From contig MU057724.1 in the NCBI GenBank assembly GCA_013265495.1, positions 1,441,102 through 1,505,101 of the forward strand: a DNA stretch of 64,000 nucleotides, given 5' to 3'. The notes under the pieces are model-generated. The model ran no database searches. It saw only the letters and a list, made by a program, of their open reading frames with translations, and was not told where the DNA came from. Below, piece after piece: positions 1-10,145 of this stretch. The translations under genes and the position numbers were made by a program. The stretch is from Vicugna vicugna. Taxonomy: Eukaryota. Numbering within the stretch: position 1 is the stretch's first letter; every line of letters starts with the position of its first letter.

Positions 1-2575
1 TGATGTGTTAATAATCAGAAAATCTGAATGATCCGAAAGATGAAATGTCTACAGAAAAGAGAAGGGTGTTATTTTTTGTTCAGAAAGTAATTCCCACGGT
101 ACCATTGACCATGGCAGGAAACTGTGGCTATAATCCCCAGGTGACGCACATCACGCAGACCCTGACACGTCGCCACGGGATTGTCTCCCCAGCAGCCGCC
201 AGCGGTGCTTGCAGGAGGCAGGCGTGCGTGTGGCCCTCACCGGTGCAGAAACAGAGCGCCAGCCTGAGTCGGGGGGAAGCCGCGGGTACCGCACTGCAAA
301 TGCCTGTGTTTAACAGCTTGCGTATTTTTATAAAATGATGTAGACATTCTATAATTTATACATTCCAATTCTGAATTGTTGGGCAGCATGTCATTAAAAT
401 TACCCAACTAGGCGGTGAGAGCCCACAAGAGGCAAGCACAGCATAACCTATTTGTTTAATTCACAGAAAAAAAGAAGAAGAATGTTCTGAGATTTCCTCG
501 ACTCCCTCTCCCACGAGGGGAGTGAACAGAGCTGAAAATACATCTCCTCAGATCCCTGTGAAAGATGTGCAGCATTTACAGAAATTCAGCGGGGGACAGG
601 ACTAACTGTGCTTCTGTCAGCAGGAGTGTTCCATATTTTGTGGTTTTCTCATATGCAAATATATTCTTCAGAAGACAGATTTTAAGTTGCACGAGCTGAA
701 AAAAATCACAAGTGCACGTACACGTTAGAGGCAAACGCGGGGCTCCACCTGTGGGCTGTACGCTTTGATGCTTTGCACACTCTGTATCTTCTATGTTGAG
801 AAATAGATTCCATCTCTGAAAATTAATCCCTTAACAAAGCCACTGAGCATTTTTTCCAAACAGTTAAGAATTTCACAATGGCTAGTTGCAATAAAATATT
901 TAATATCTCAGGTGGAATGCCCTTGACTGTGAGGAAGAGAAACCCTCAGTTCATTTGGACTTAAAAAACGAGGACACTAAGTATCTCCCAGACAGGAGGT
1001 CTGGAAACAGGACTGCGCCAGGGACGGAGGGCAGAGCCCGAACTCGGCTCCCGCAGGCGCCGGCTTGAGCCCGAGTCTCACAGCAAGAAGGGGCCGTTCC
1101 AACCACCAACCCCAAGCGCGACGCAGGAGACGCGGCACTCGGAGGCGGCATCTCCCAGCGTCTTCCACAGGAATTCCCTCCAGAGGTTCCTAAACCAGTC
1201 ACGCCGGAGGACAGAGAGACCATGAGGAAGGGCTCAACCTGAGGATCAAATGGGTGCTGCGGCGTCAGCCCCGGAAGCCACGGATCTCAATCCTCGGGGT
1301 GGTACCAGGACTGCCCTTGGGGGAACCCAGGGGCTACCGAAACAGTGCAAGTTCAATAAACATTATTTTTCAGCTTCAAAGAGGCGATGGCTTTACCGTT
1401 CAGCGCTCCGTTCCTAAAACAAAGCTCTCTCCTTTCCAGACCAACGAGAACCCCCGACAGTAAACAGTCCACCGCGACCAGCGAGCAGCCGCACCGGGAG
1501 GGCGCCGGGCCCCGCGCTTACTAAACCTCGTCCCGGGCTGCGGTCGTGCAACCCGGCGTCTCAGACGGTGCGCGCCCAGCGTGGCCCTAGCGCTTCCTCT
1601 CCCCCTCACCGTCGGTGAAACCCGCTGTGTCTGGCGCAGACCCTGCGTTTGGTACCAGTCTGTACACTTCGTGGTGTGGTCCACGGACATCAGGTTTGCA
1701 CACAATGAGCACAGCAGCTTTGAGAGGTGAGTGACGCACGTTAAAGAGTTTCTATAAAATTGCTTGGAACAAAACAACGTGACTTAATAGCAGTCAGGGT
1801 GCAGGGTCTTCAATCAACCGCCGGTGAGAGCCCCCCCCCCCCCGCCCCGCACCCCGCGTCGACAGAGGGGCAAGTGCAGGGTAACCTTTTTCTTAATTCA
1901 CAGGAAAAAAAGTAGCGACGGCCTGACTTTTCCCCAACCCCCTCCCTAACCAGCCAACCCAGCTGCAAATGTGATCGTCCTCAGGCTCCTTCGAAAGATT
2001 TGTGGAATTTGCAGAAATTCAGCAGGGGACCATCCTAAGTGGGTTTCAATCAGCAGGAGGACTTGGTGTTTCATGGTTTTCTTGCAGAAATGTGTCTTGG
2101 AAGCCGTATTTTAAGTCAGGTGAATACTTAAAAGATACAAGTGCATGTACATATTAGAGAGGAAGGGGAACGCATGAAACATTGCTCATAATTTTACAGG
2201 AGCCCTTGCATTGACGGCCACAGTCCTCCCTTTTGAGGGAAGTAATGAGCCTTGGTTACAACTTGTGTTTTGATTTAAACATCCTCCTTGACTATTAGTC
2301 TTGAAGCTGTATTTTTAATATGTCACTTAGGAGCAAACCAAGAAAAAAAATGAATGAGGGAGTGAGAATAAGAAAAGCCACTACGTTCCTACTGTGTTGC
2401 TGGGGGCGGACGCAGACGTGTGCACGACGGGTGCCGCGGCGGCAGAGGTCGCGGTGGTGGAGACGCACCCGTGCTCCGAGGGAGTCACCGGGTCCGGCGC
2501 TCCTGGTGCTGGCGGCAGCCGGCGGAGCAGAGCAAGAGCGAGAAAAGACAAAAGTCCTGTCAGACCTGGTGTTTA
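1..2575 (-). pseudogene. Decayed gene running left from the CpG island: signal-peptide-like exon and duplicated exon pair
   Basis: 2393-2575 reads TPGLTGLLSFLALALLRRLPPAPGAPDPVTPSEHGCVSTTATSAAAAP (no ATG). Paralogous exons at 404-695/about 1818-2126 and 241-348/1610-1751 have matching splice sites and internal stops. Confidence 0.5.
235..2160. repeat. Old tandem duplication, about 1.4 kb period (about 235-730 vs about 1604-2160)
   Basis: Shared blocks: cctcaccg, ttctataa, cggtgagagccc, ttaattcacag, cagaaattcagc, cagcaggag, tggttttct, attttaagt, acaagtgca.gtaca..ttagag. Confidence 0.85.
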
Positions 2576-3010
2576 AACCTTGCAAAGATCGGCATGCAAC
2601 GTGAGGGCCTCGCGTTAAGCCGCAGCGAAGTCGGACCCCTCTCCCCGCACCAGCCGGGGCCATGCCGAGCCCGCCGCGCTCCCGAGGCGCCGCCCCGCGG
2701 GCGTGCAGGCGGTGCGCGGCGCGTCCCCGTCCTGAGGCTGCGGGGCTGCGCGGGGCTGAGCGGTCTGCCTGGCGCTGCGCCCCCCACCGGAGTCGGCGAA
2801 GGCGCTGGGACGCCCCCCCTCGCCGGCGCGCCCCGCCTGCTCAGGGCTGCGTCCCGAGGACAACCGCGGCCACGCGCCGTTGCCCCCCACCCCCGACCTG
2901 AGTGGCTTTTTAAAAATAAACAAATAAATCGGTGAGGAGGATGTGGCGCAACTGGGACCCGTGTGTGTCGCAGGCGGGAATGTAACACAGCCTCAGCCGC
3001 AGACGGGCAC
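2400..3010. promoter_or_regulatory. CpG island / candidate promoter
   Basis: Very GC-rich with dense CpG (for example 2660-2900), directly upstream of the signal-peptide-like exon on the minus strand. Confidence 0.65.
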
Positions 3011-3093
3011 AGCCTGGTGCTTCCCAAAATGAAACCACAGCATCCATGGGACTCACAGCTCTGCTCCAAGGGGCTCCCCCCTGCGCACGGAAA

Positions 3094-3225
3094 GCAGGAA
3101 GGGGGGAAGGAAGTGTGGGAAGAAGGAAGGAAGAGGGTAAGGAAGGGAGGAAGGAAGGGAGGAAGGAAGGAAGAAAAGGAGGGAGGGAGGGAAGGAAGGG
3201 TGGAAGGAAGAAAAGAAAGAAAAGA
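3094..3225. repeat. (GGAA)n-like polypurine tract
   Basis: ggaaggaagggaggaaggaagg... almost entirely purine. Confidence 0.9.
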
Positions 3226-3269
3226 CTTAACAAGTGTGTAAACCAACATGCATATGTAGAAACAGCTTC

Positions 3270-3704
3270 TGTGCCCATCGGCAGATGAGCGAACACCAAG
3301 AACGCGGTGTGTCCATACAAGGCAGCATCAACCAGTGATCACAAGGCATGGGACCCTGGCACAGGCTACAACGTGACTGGATCTTGGTAACACTACGCTC
3401 AGTGAAATGAGGCGGGCACAAAAGGGCGAATATTATCGAATTCCACTTACATGAGACGCCTAGAATAGGCAAATTCAAGCAGACAGAAAGCAGAATGGAA
3501 GCTACCAGGGACCTCGGGGAGGGCTGAGGGCAGTGACTGTCCCATGGCACAGAGCTCTCGCTGGGGTTGATGGAAACGTTTTGGGAGTGGACAGCTGTGA
3601 TGGTCACACACTGTGAAGGCATTTAATGCCCCTGAATTATATAGTTATAAATGGCTGAAATGACAAACAGGATGGCTACATATATTTTACCACAGTAAAA
3701 AAAA
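3270..3704 (+). mobile_element. L1 3' end (L1MB-like)
   Basis: attccacttacatgagacgcctagaataggcaaattc..agacagaaagcagaatgg ... tatattttaccacagtaaaaaaaa. Confidence 0.85.
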
Positions 3705-4620
3705 TTAGCAAACCAGATAAAGCAACATGTAAAAAGGATTACACATCATGATAAAGAGAGATTTTTCCCGGGAATTCAAGGTTTTGGTATTTTTTAACCC
3801 TGAAAATTAATCAACATAATACAAATATAAATATAAACATAACTGTCTCATAATGGACACAGAGAACTAGTTTGGCAGAATCCAACATCCTTTCAGGATA
3901 GAAACCCTCAGCAAACCGGGAATGGAACCCACACCTGCTGGTGACCACCTACCTCAGGGGACCCCACAGTGACCGCAGTCTCCCCAGGGGAAGATTGGGA
4001 ACACAAGAGCGTCTGTCCTGGCCACTTCTACTGAACACTTGCTGGAGGTTCCAGCCAGGGAAATTAGGCAGAGGGAGAAAGAACACATTTGGATTAGAAA
4101 AACAAGTAGTAAATCTATCTCCAGTAGCAGGTGTCATGACCTTAAACACAGAAAACCCTAAGTAATCCACTAAACCAGTAATCAGGGTTAACAAGCTTGC
4201 AGATCATTTTAAAAAGATATTTCTATAAAGCAGCAATGAGCAATGAAATTAAGAAAAACTTCCATTTATGATACCATCCAAAAAATACTTAGGAATTAAT
4301 TGAACAAGTGCAAACTGAAGTACAAGCTGAAAACTACAAAACAGTGCTGGAAAGAATTAAAGGAGCTCTTAAGAAATGGGGAGACATCTATGTTTACGTG
4401 TTGGAAGGTGTAATTCTGTTCAGATGGCAACACTCCACAAATTTTTACAAATTCAGAACAATTCTTGTCAAAATCGCAGTCTGCTTTTCACGAGATTGCC
4501 AGACTGATGCTAAAATTCATGTGGAAATTCAAATGATCCAAAATAGCCAAAATAGTCTTAAAAGGAAGAATAACGTCGGAAGAGTCACATTTCACAACTT
4601 CAGAACCTGCTGCGGGAAAC
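3705..4620 (+). mobile_element. Decayed L1 ORF2 (reverse transcriptase region)
   Basis: GTQERLSWPLLLN and ENYKTVLERIKGALKKWGDI resemble L1 ORF2 GTRQGCPLSPLLFN and ENYKTLLKEIKEDLNKWKDI. Confidence 0.85.
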
Positions 4621-7154
4621 GAGCCAGGGTGGGGACCACGCACGCGGGGGCCGGGGGGCCTGAGACACGCAGCAGCATCGCCCCCTAAACCAGCTGAGTG
4701 GGTGCCCACACCCCACTTCACTGAGATCGGCGCCGGCTTTTTAATGTCACTGAAAACCCTTAAATCCACCCTTTAGAGTCCTCTTAGGACCATCGGGAGT
4801 ATGTGTTCCAAAAATTCTTTAAAAACAGGACATTTGTTTTCAGTCTTTTCCACGTCCAAGAACACTTTTCTGCTGACTTCAGTCATGAAACAAAAATTTC
4901 TAAAACCCGATGTCTCTAGTTAAAGTCTCCCCTCACTCAGCAGTCTCGGAAGCAGCTGGATCGGTTGAGATTTAAGTCCTTTTTGGGCTGATTTCCCCGA
5001 CGAATTAGTCGGCTCTTGTTCAGAACATTTTCAGGGCAGAAACACTCTTTCGTAACACGTTGTGTCGCTGCTTGAGCTTCATGTATCAGAAGGTTCTCGG
5101 GCCCACTCCTTGTTCTCATCCAGGTTTTGTTCAGTTCCCCACCCCCCTCCCCAACACACACAATGAGGATTCGCTCAGGTGTGTGACTCTGCACCCAGGG
5201 GTGGTTTCCCATCACAGAGCAGCGCCCCGCCCTCCCCAGGCGTCCCCTGCAGCGGGCAGCCTTCCCCGCCGTCCCTGCCGCCCTTCACTTGCGGGAGCCC
5301 GGGTCCAGGTCCCTGACCTCCAGCCCATCTCTGCTTGCCCAGAGTGGGACAGAACGAGCTCATAAAGCTTGGGGCTTCTCTGCTGGAAGACAGCTGTCCG
5401 GCAGTCCACCTGCCAGCCCTACAAACAGCAAGAGCTGGAAGGCGCGTTCACTGTGTCCTCGAAATTCAGAAGAGGTCTTTACTCTTCAAAGGTCTGTGGA
5501 GCCGGTAAATGAAACGGCGCTGGCCGTCACGTTCACCTGCTGCCTTCCAGCGCAGGCAGGGCGGGCGTCCTCCCTCCCCGGGCTGCATCGGGCTCAGGAA
5601 TCCGAGGGCGGCTTTCATCAGCCATCTCTTTACTCGGTGTTTGCAGCCTTTTCAAGCAGCCAGAGAACTGCTCTGCCACCAGCGCGCCTCCGAGAGTCAC
5701 AGAAGACCAACCCCCGCCCTCCTCTCCGGAACCGCCAGCATACACGTCAGTTATGGGCTCAGCCGAGCTCCGTGGACTTGCACTAAAGACCCGACCTCGT
5801 CACCCCCACGACACGCGTCAGCTGGGCTCTTAGCAGTCCTCCCCAGGCCTTCGTCGTGGCCGGAAGGCAGGGTTCAGGCACGTTCTGTTTCCTCCTGAAC
5901 GTTTTTCTTTTCTCCCAAATAAGCCAACGCCTGCAGCGCTCATCTCTTGCGATGAGATCATTTACACCTTCTTGCTTCCAGCCACAGATTCACGGGCGTG
6001 GGAAGAAGATTCTCCTTTTTCACAGATCTCATCATTAAGCCATTTTCAACAATGAATCAGGAGATATAGTTAGTCTTTGGGAAGATTTTTCTAAGATTTT
6101 TCCAGAAGTCCTTTCTCTGAAACACAACCACTGTCGGTACTTGCTTGCGAAGCTGGAGCTTTGGAAGTTTGTTAAGTTCACTTGAGGCCTTGACACTGCT
6201 TAGCAAGGTGATGCCGTCTCACCCTGGAGCAGTCATGTTCCCCGTGTCTGATCCCTCATCTGGCTTCACATTTTCAACTGAATGAATGTACTATCTTATA
6301 AGAACGCATTCCTTTTCTCAATAGGCAATGACACATTCTTGTCCTTAAGATGTCTTTCTTTGAGCTCCAGCAAACTGTCATTTACCAGGTTTGGGGTTTT
6401 ACTGGGGCAGGTGTCTTTTGTTCTAGTTTTGGGAGCAGCGTTTTCAAATGTAAGTTCAATAATTCATGAATAAAATGAACGTTCAGATACAGTCAGAAAA
6501 AGTCAGGAACGTTTTCAGGTTGTTTAAATTTATTCTTGACGGTGAATGAACTGAGTCCTGCCCTTGAAATGCCTCGTTTTGTTTTCATGTTCTTGTATGA
6601 AATACTTACCGGCGCTTCCCCTGGGGAACATCCCTTTATGTTAGAAACAGCAGGCAGTAACGGTGATCTACAGCCATCGCTTCACTGTGACCGTGATTAT
6701 ACGGTGACCGCGTCAGCATGGATCGCTTGTCTGAACCATGCAGGCCTTTAAAAATTGCTTGCTAGAACTTTCTGCTCAGCTTTGGTGACAACCGATAGTC
6801 AGGCTACTTCCTAGAGAGGGAAACCCCTTTGTAACAGGTGGGCTGCATGGTCCGCACCGGGGCCCACGCTGTGCCTGGCCCTCACCGAACCACTTACTAC
6901 AAATCGGTAACGTTCAGAGTGTGTGCCGAGGACCGCTGGGCCCCCCACGGTGGCAGGAGGGAAGCGACGCCCTCATCCACCCGAGGGACGTCTGAAACCC
7001 GCGGCCCGTGTTTAACACTCGTGACAACTTACTACGTCTTGTGCAGATGTGGGCATTTAAACGTTTTAAATTGAAAAAAAAAAGTTGGATTTTCTTAAAG
7101 AACTTACCCCAAAATCTACTTATTTAAAGTTTTACACCCCTTTGTGTTTTTAAA

Positions 7155-7296
7155 TATGCTTTTTACATCGATAACCTCCATCATGTCAACGACCCATGAC
7201 ACCCTCTTTTACAGACAGAAAAATTCAGACTCAGAGAATTTAAATCAAGTTCTTGTCTAAAGCTAGCAGATTGACCAGGGTTCAAAATACGTTTGT
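7155..7296 (-). mobile_element. MIR SINE fragment
   Basis: ttttacagacagaaaaattcagactcagagaatttaaat...ccagggttcaaa, the reverse MIR core. Confidence 0.55.
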
Positions 7297-7329
7297 TCAT
7301 TGATTTCAGATCGTATTTTTAATTAAAGC

Positions 7330-7480
7330 GATCGTTTTGAGATAATGGTGGGCTCACATGCTGCTGTGAGAAATAATGCAGAGAACTCATGTGCCTTTTA
7401 CCTAGCTCCCCCCTGACGGTAGCGTCTCCCAGAACTAAGAACAGCACCACACCTGGGACGCTGGCGGTGATGCAGTCCAG
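7330..7480 (-). mobile_element. L1MC/MD-type 3' end fragment
   Basis: ctcacatgctgctgtgagaaataatgcagagaactcatgtgccttttacctagctcccccc. Confidence 0.65.
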
Positions 7481-7544
7481 ATGCCGAGCACTGCCATCAC
7501 CCGTCACCCTCAGCAGCCCCTGCACGGCCCAGCTCCCGGGCAGC

Positions 7545-7730
7545 CAGAGGGCCAGCCTTCCCTCCTCCAACCTTTCTGCTCTGTGTAGGCCCCAGACCCT
7601 CACCGGGGAGGCCACACCGGGGAGGCCACCAGTGCAGACGCTGATCTCTGCTGGCAACACCCTCGCAGACACAGAGTTTGACCACCACCCGGGGTCCCAG
7701 CGGCCCGGTCAAGCTGACACGGAAACGTTG
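7545..7730 (-). mobile_element. MLT2 LTR fragment
   Basis: aacaccctcgcagacaca...ggcccggtcaagctgacac, an MLT2 terminal signature. Confidence 0.65.
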
Positions 7731-8013
7731 CAGCCTGCGTTATGACACTGGACCGAGGAAGCCGATGTGCCGCTCACCACGCAGATTTAAAGGCTGAAAC
7801 CCAACAGATGCATCTTAAAAACCAGTGTGTGACACAGGAGAAGATTTTACTTTATTTTCTGGAAATACTGAGCTCACTTTCTAAGCTCCACCGCTACTTC
7901 ATGTGGGTACAGACGACACGCAGAGGAGGTGCGCCACCAAGTCCCCAACACAGAACAGCCACACACAGCGTACAGACACCAACACGCTAATGCATGGATG
8001 TCCAGACGCTAGC

Positions 8014-8355
8014 TTTTTAAGTTAAAGTGTAGTTGGTTTTCAATGTAGTATTAATTTCTGGTGCACAGCACAGTGGTTCAGTTTACATATATACACATTC
8101 CTCCTCAGATTCTTTTTCATTACAGGCTGTTACAGGTACTGAATACAGTTCCCTGTGCTGTGCAGTAGGACCTTGCTGTTTATGTACTTTATACAAAGTA
8201 GTTAGTATCTATAAATCCTGAGCTCCCGATCCACCCCTCTACCCGCTCCTCTCCCTCCGTAACAATAAATTTGTTTTCCATGTCTGTGAGTCTGTTTCTG
8301 TTTTGGAAATAAGTTCATTTGTGTCATTTTTTCCAGATTCCACATATAAATGATA
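8014..8355 (-). mobile_element. Cetartiodactyl-type L1 3' end
   Basis: tacagttccctgtgctgtgcagtaggaccttg...tgtctgtgagtctgtttctgttttggaaataagttcatttgtgtc...agattccacatata. Confidence 0.9.
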
Positions 8356-9209
8356 GCTCCATATGCTCATTTTTTAATTTTTATTTTTAAAAAATTCACA
8401 GGATTGAGCCTTCTCAAAGACAGAAATTAAAATCCCAGATTCATATAAAAATGCATTTTCCGCCTTTTAATTAAAATGATTAGTGCAATTAATGGTGATT
8501 ACTTTTTCTAATGAATACTTAATTTATTCTTTGGGAAATTACTTATGATTATGACTCATTACCAAATAATTGCGTGCTATTGAGTGATCTGTGTCGTGCT
8601 GCTAATTCTTTTATTTTTGCATTTCATCAAAGCTTTCCTTTCTTTTTTTTTTATTGCGTTATAGTCAGCTTACAATGTTGTGTCAGTTCGTGCTGTTAAT
8701 TCTCACTGATGAAGGGATCAACATTTCTGAACTGAAATTTCCAGCCTTCTGTATAAATATGCTTTCTTTTGATAATAAAAATTAATATTCATAAATGTAC
8801 TCACTTGCAATGGGCTGATGCTTGAAAAATCACTGATGGGACAGGGTCTGTCATTTCTGTGGAAAGAAGAGATCCATGCTGGGTAGGCGTTAGGCTGAAC
8901 TTCACTTAGTTGGGAACGTAGACCAGCTGCCAGGGGAGGAGGGACGTCCTGGAGCTGGAGGCAGACCCTCCCTCCGCTCACCCTGCAGACCCCACCTGCT
9001 TCACATGCATCCTTTCCCATTCACGCTAAGTGTGAGTGAGGTCCTCCTCCCCCTGCTGGAGGGTCAGTCCACCTGGCCGGCAGCCGCCACCCCCCAGCCT
9101 CTGCCGTCACTGCTGCCCGGGAAGCCTGCGCGGAACAGCAGGGCGCAGGGCACCACACACCTGCCAAGTCAGACGTCTGTGTTCCCGTCCCAGCGCCACC
9201 ACACATACA

Positions 9210-9350
9210 CCCTGCGGGCCGCAGATGGACAAGTACCGTGTGTTCGCTTCAGTTTCTTCGTTTGTAACAAGGGCACAACTACAGCCCTGGGCTGCTGAGG
9301 GCAAGGCCCTGAGCTCAATTCCTGGTGCACGGAGGTGTCCCGCAGCGGAG
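9210..9350 (+). mobile_element. MIR fragment
   Basis: ggacaagt...gcttcagtttcttcgtttgtaacaaggg. Confidence 0.45.
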
Positions 9351-9954
9351 AGCAGCTGCCGTCATTGTGAGCGGCCACTGCCTCAGCACACTGTCCCCAA
9401 CGACTGCTACCCGGACCACGATGTGCACGACATAGTATTCTGTACGTTTTGCCTTATTGGGAAGAAAAATTCTAAGTGAGCAAGAGGGTCAGTCACAAAC
9501 ACACAGGAAAACGCAGACTTAGCGTACAAAGCAACCAAACTTCCCCTGGATATTTTGCAAAAACACTTTCAAGGTTCACTTGCCATATTTGGAACTGAAC
9601 CTGCATTCTTAGCAAGAGCTCAAAGGTCTCCGATTTTTAGGTGCCTGGCTCAACGTACATCTGAAAATATCTCTAGGATGAATAAAAAGATTTAACAGAT
9701 ATTTATGAAATGAACCCTTTCAAGTAGCTGCTTCACAGCGCTAATGACATCTACACTTAGAATATTACAAACGTCAACGTTTTTGTGTGTTCCCCGTTCT
9801 TCCCATATTATCAGGGTGTCTTCACAGACCACGTCAGAGCACAGAGGCAAAGCCTGCTCGTGTGCACAAGTCTGAGCTTGTCCACCAGGTGACCGTGTCC
9901 TCATGAAACATCTATAATTTCTTAACCAAGTAAGAAGGGCCAAATACTTTTTTG

Positions 9955-10145
9955 CATGATATAATATATAATACACGTTGCTATGTAATATATATAATTA
10001 TATATAGTTACATATAATTATGCATAATAATATTATGCATTATAATTATATGTATATAATTATACATATATAGTAATTATACATAATAGTTATAATTATA
10101 CATAATTATGTTATGTATAATTACATGTAATATTTTAATTAAATT
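9955..10145. repeat. AT-rich (TA/TAAT)n low-complexity tract
   Basis: tatataattatatatagttacatataattatgcataataatattatgcattataattatatg... Confidence 0.9.

Noticed and set aside
414..466. Plus-strand mini-intron (gtgaga...tcacag) present in both duplicate copies
   Set aside because: About 53 nt is too short for a typical intron, and protein-level similarity supports the minus strand.
2420..3320. Overlapping 80-229 aa ORFs
   Set aside because: Explained by the stop-poor CpG island and the GGAA tract.
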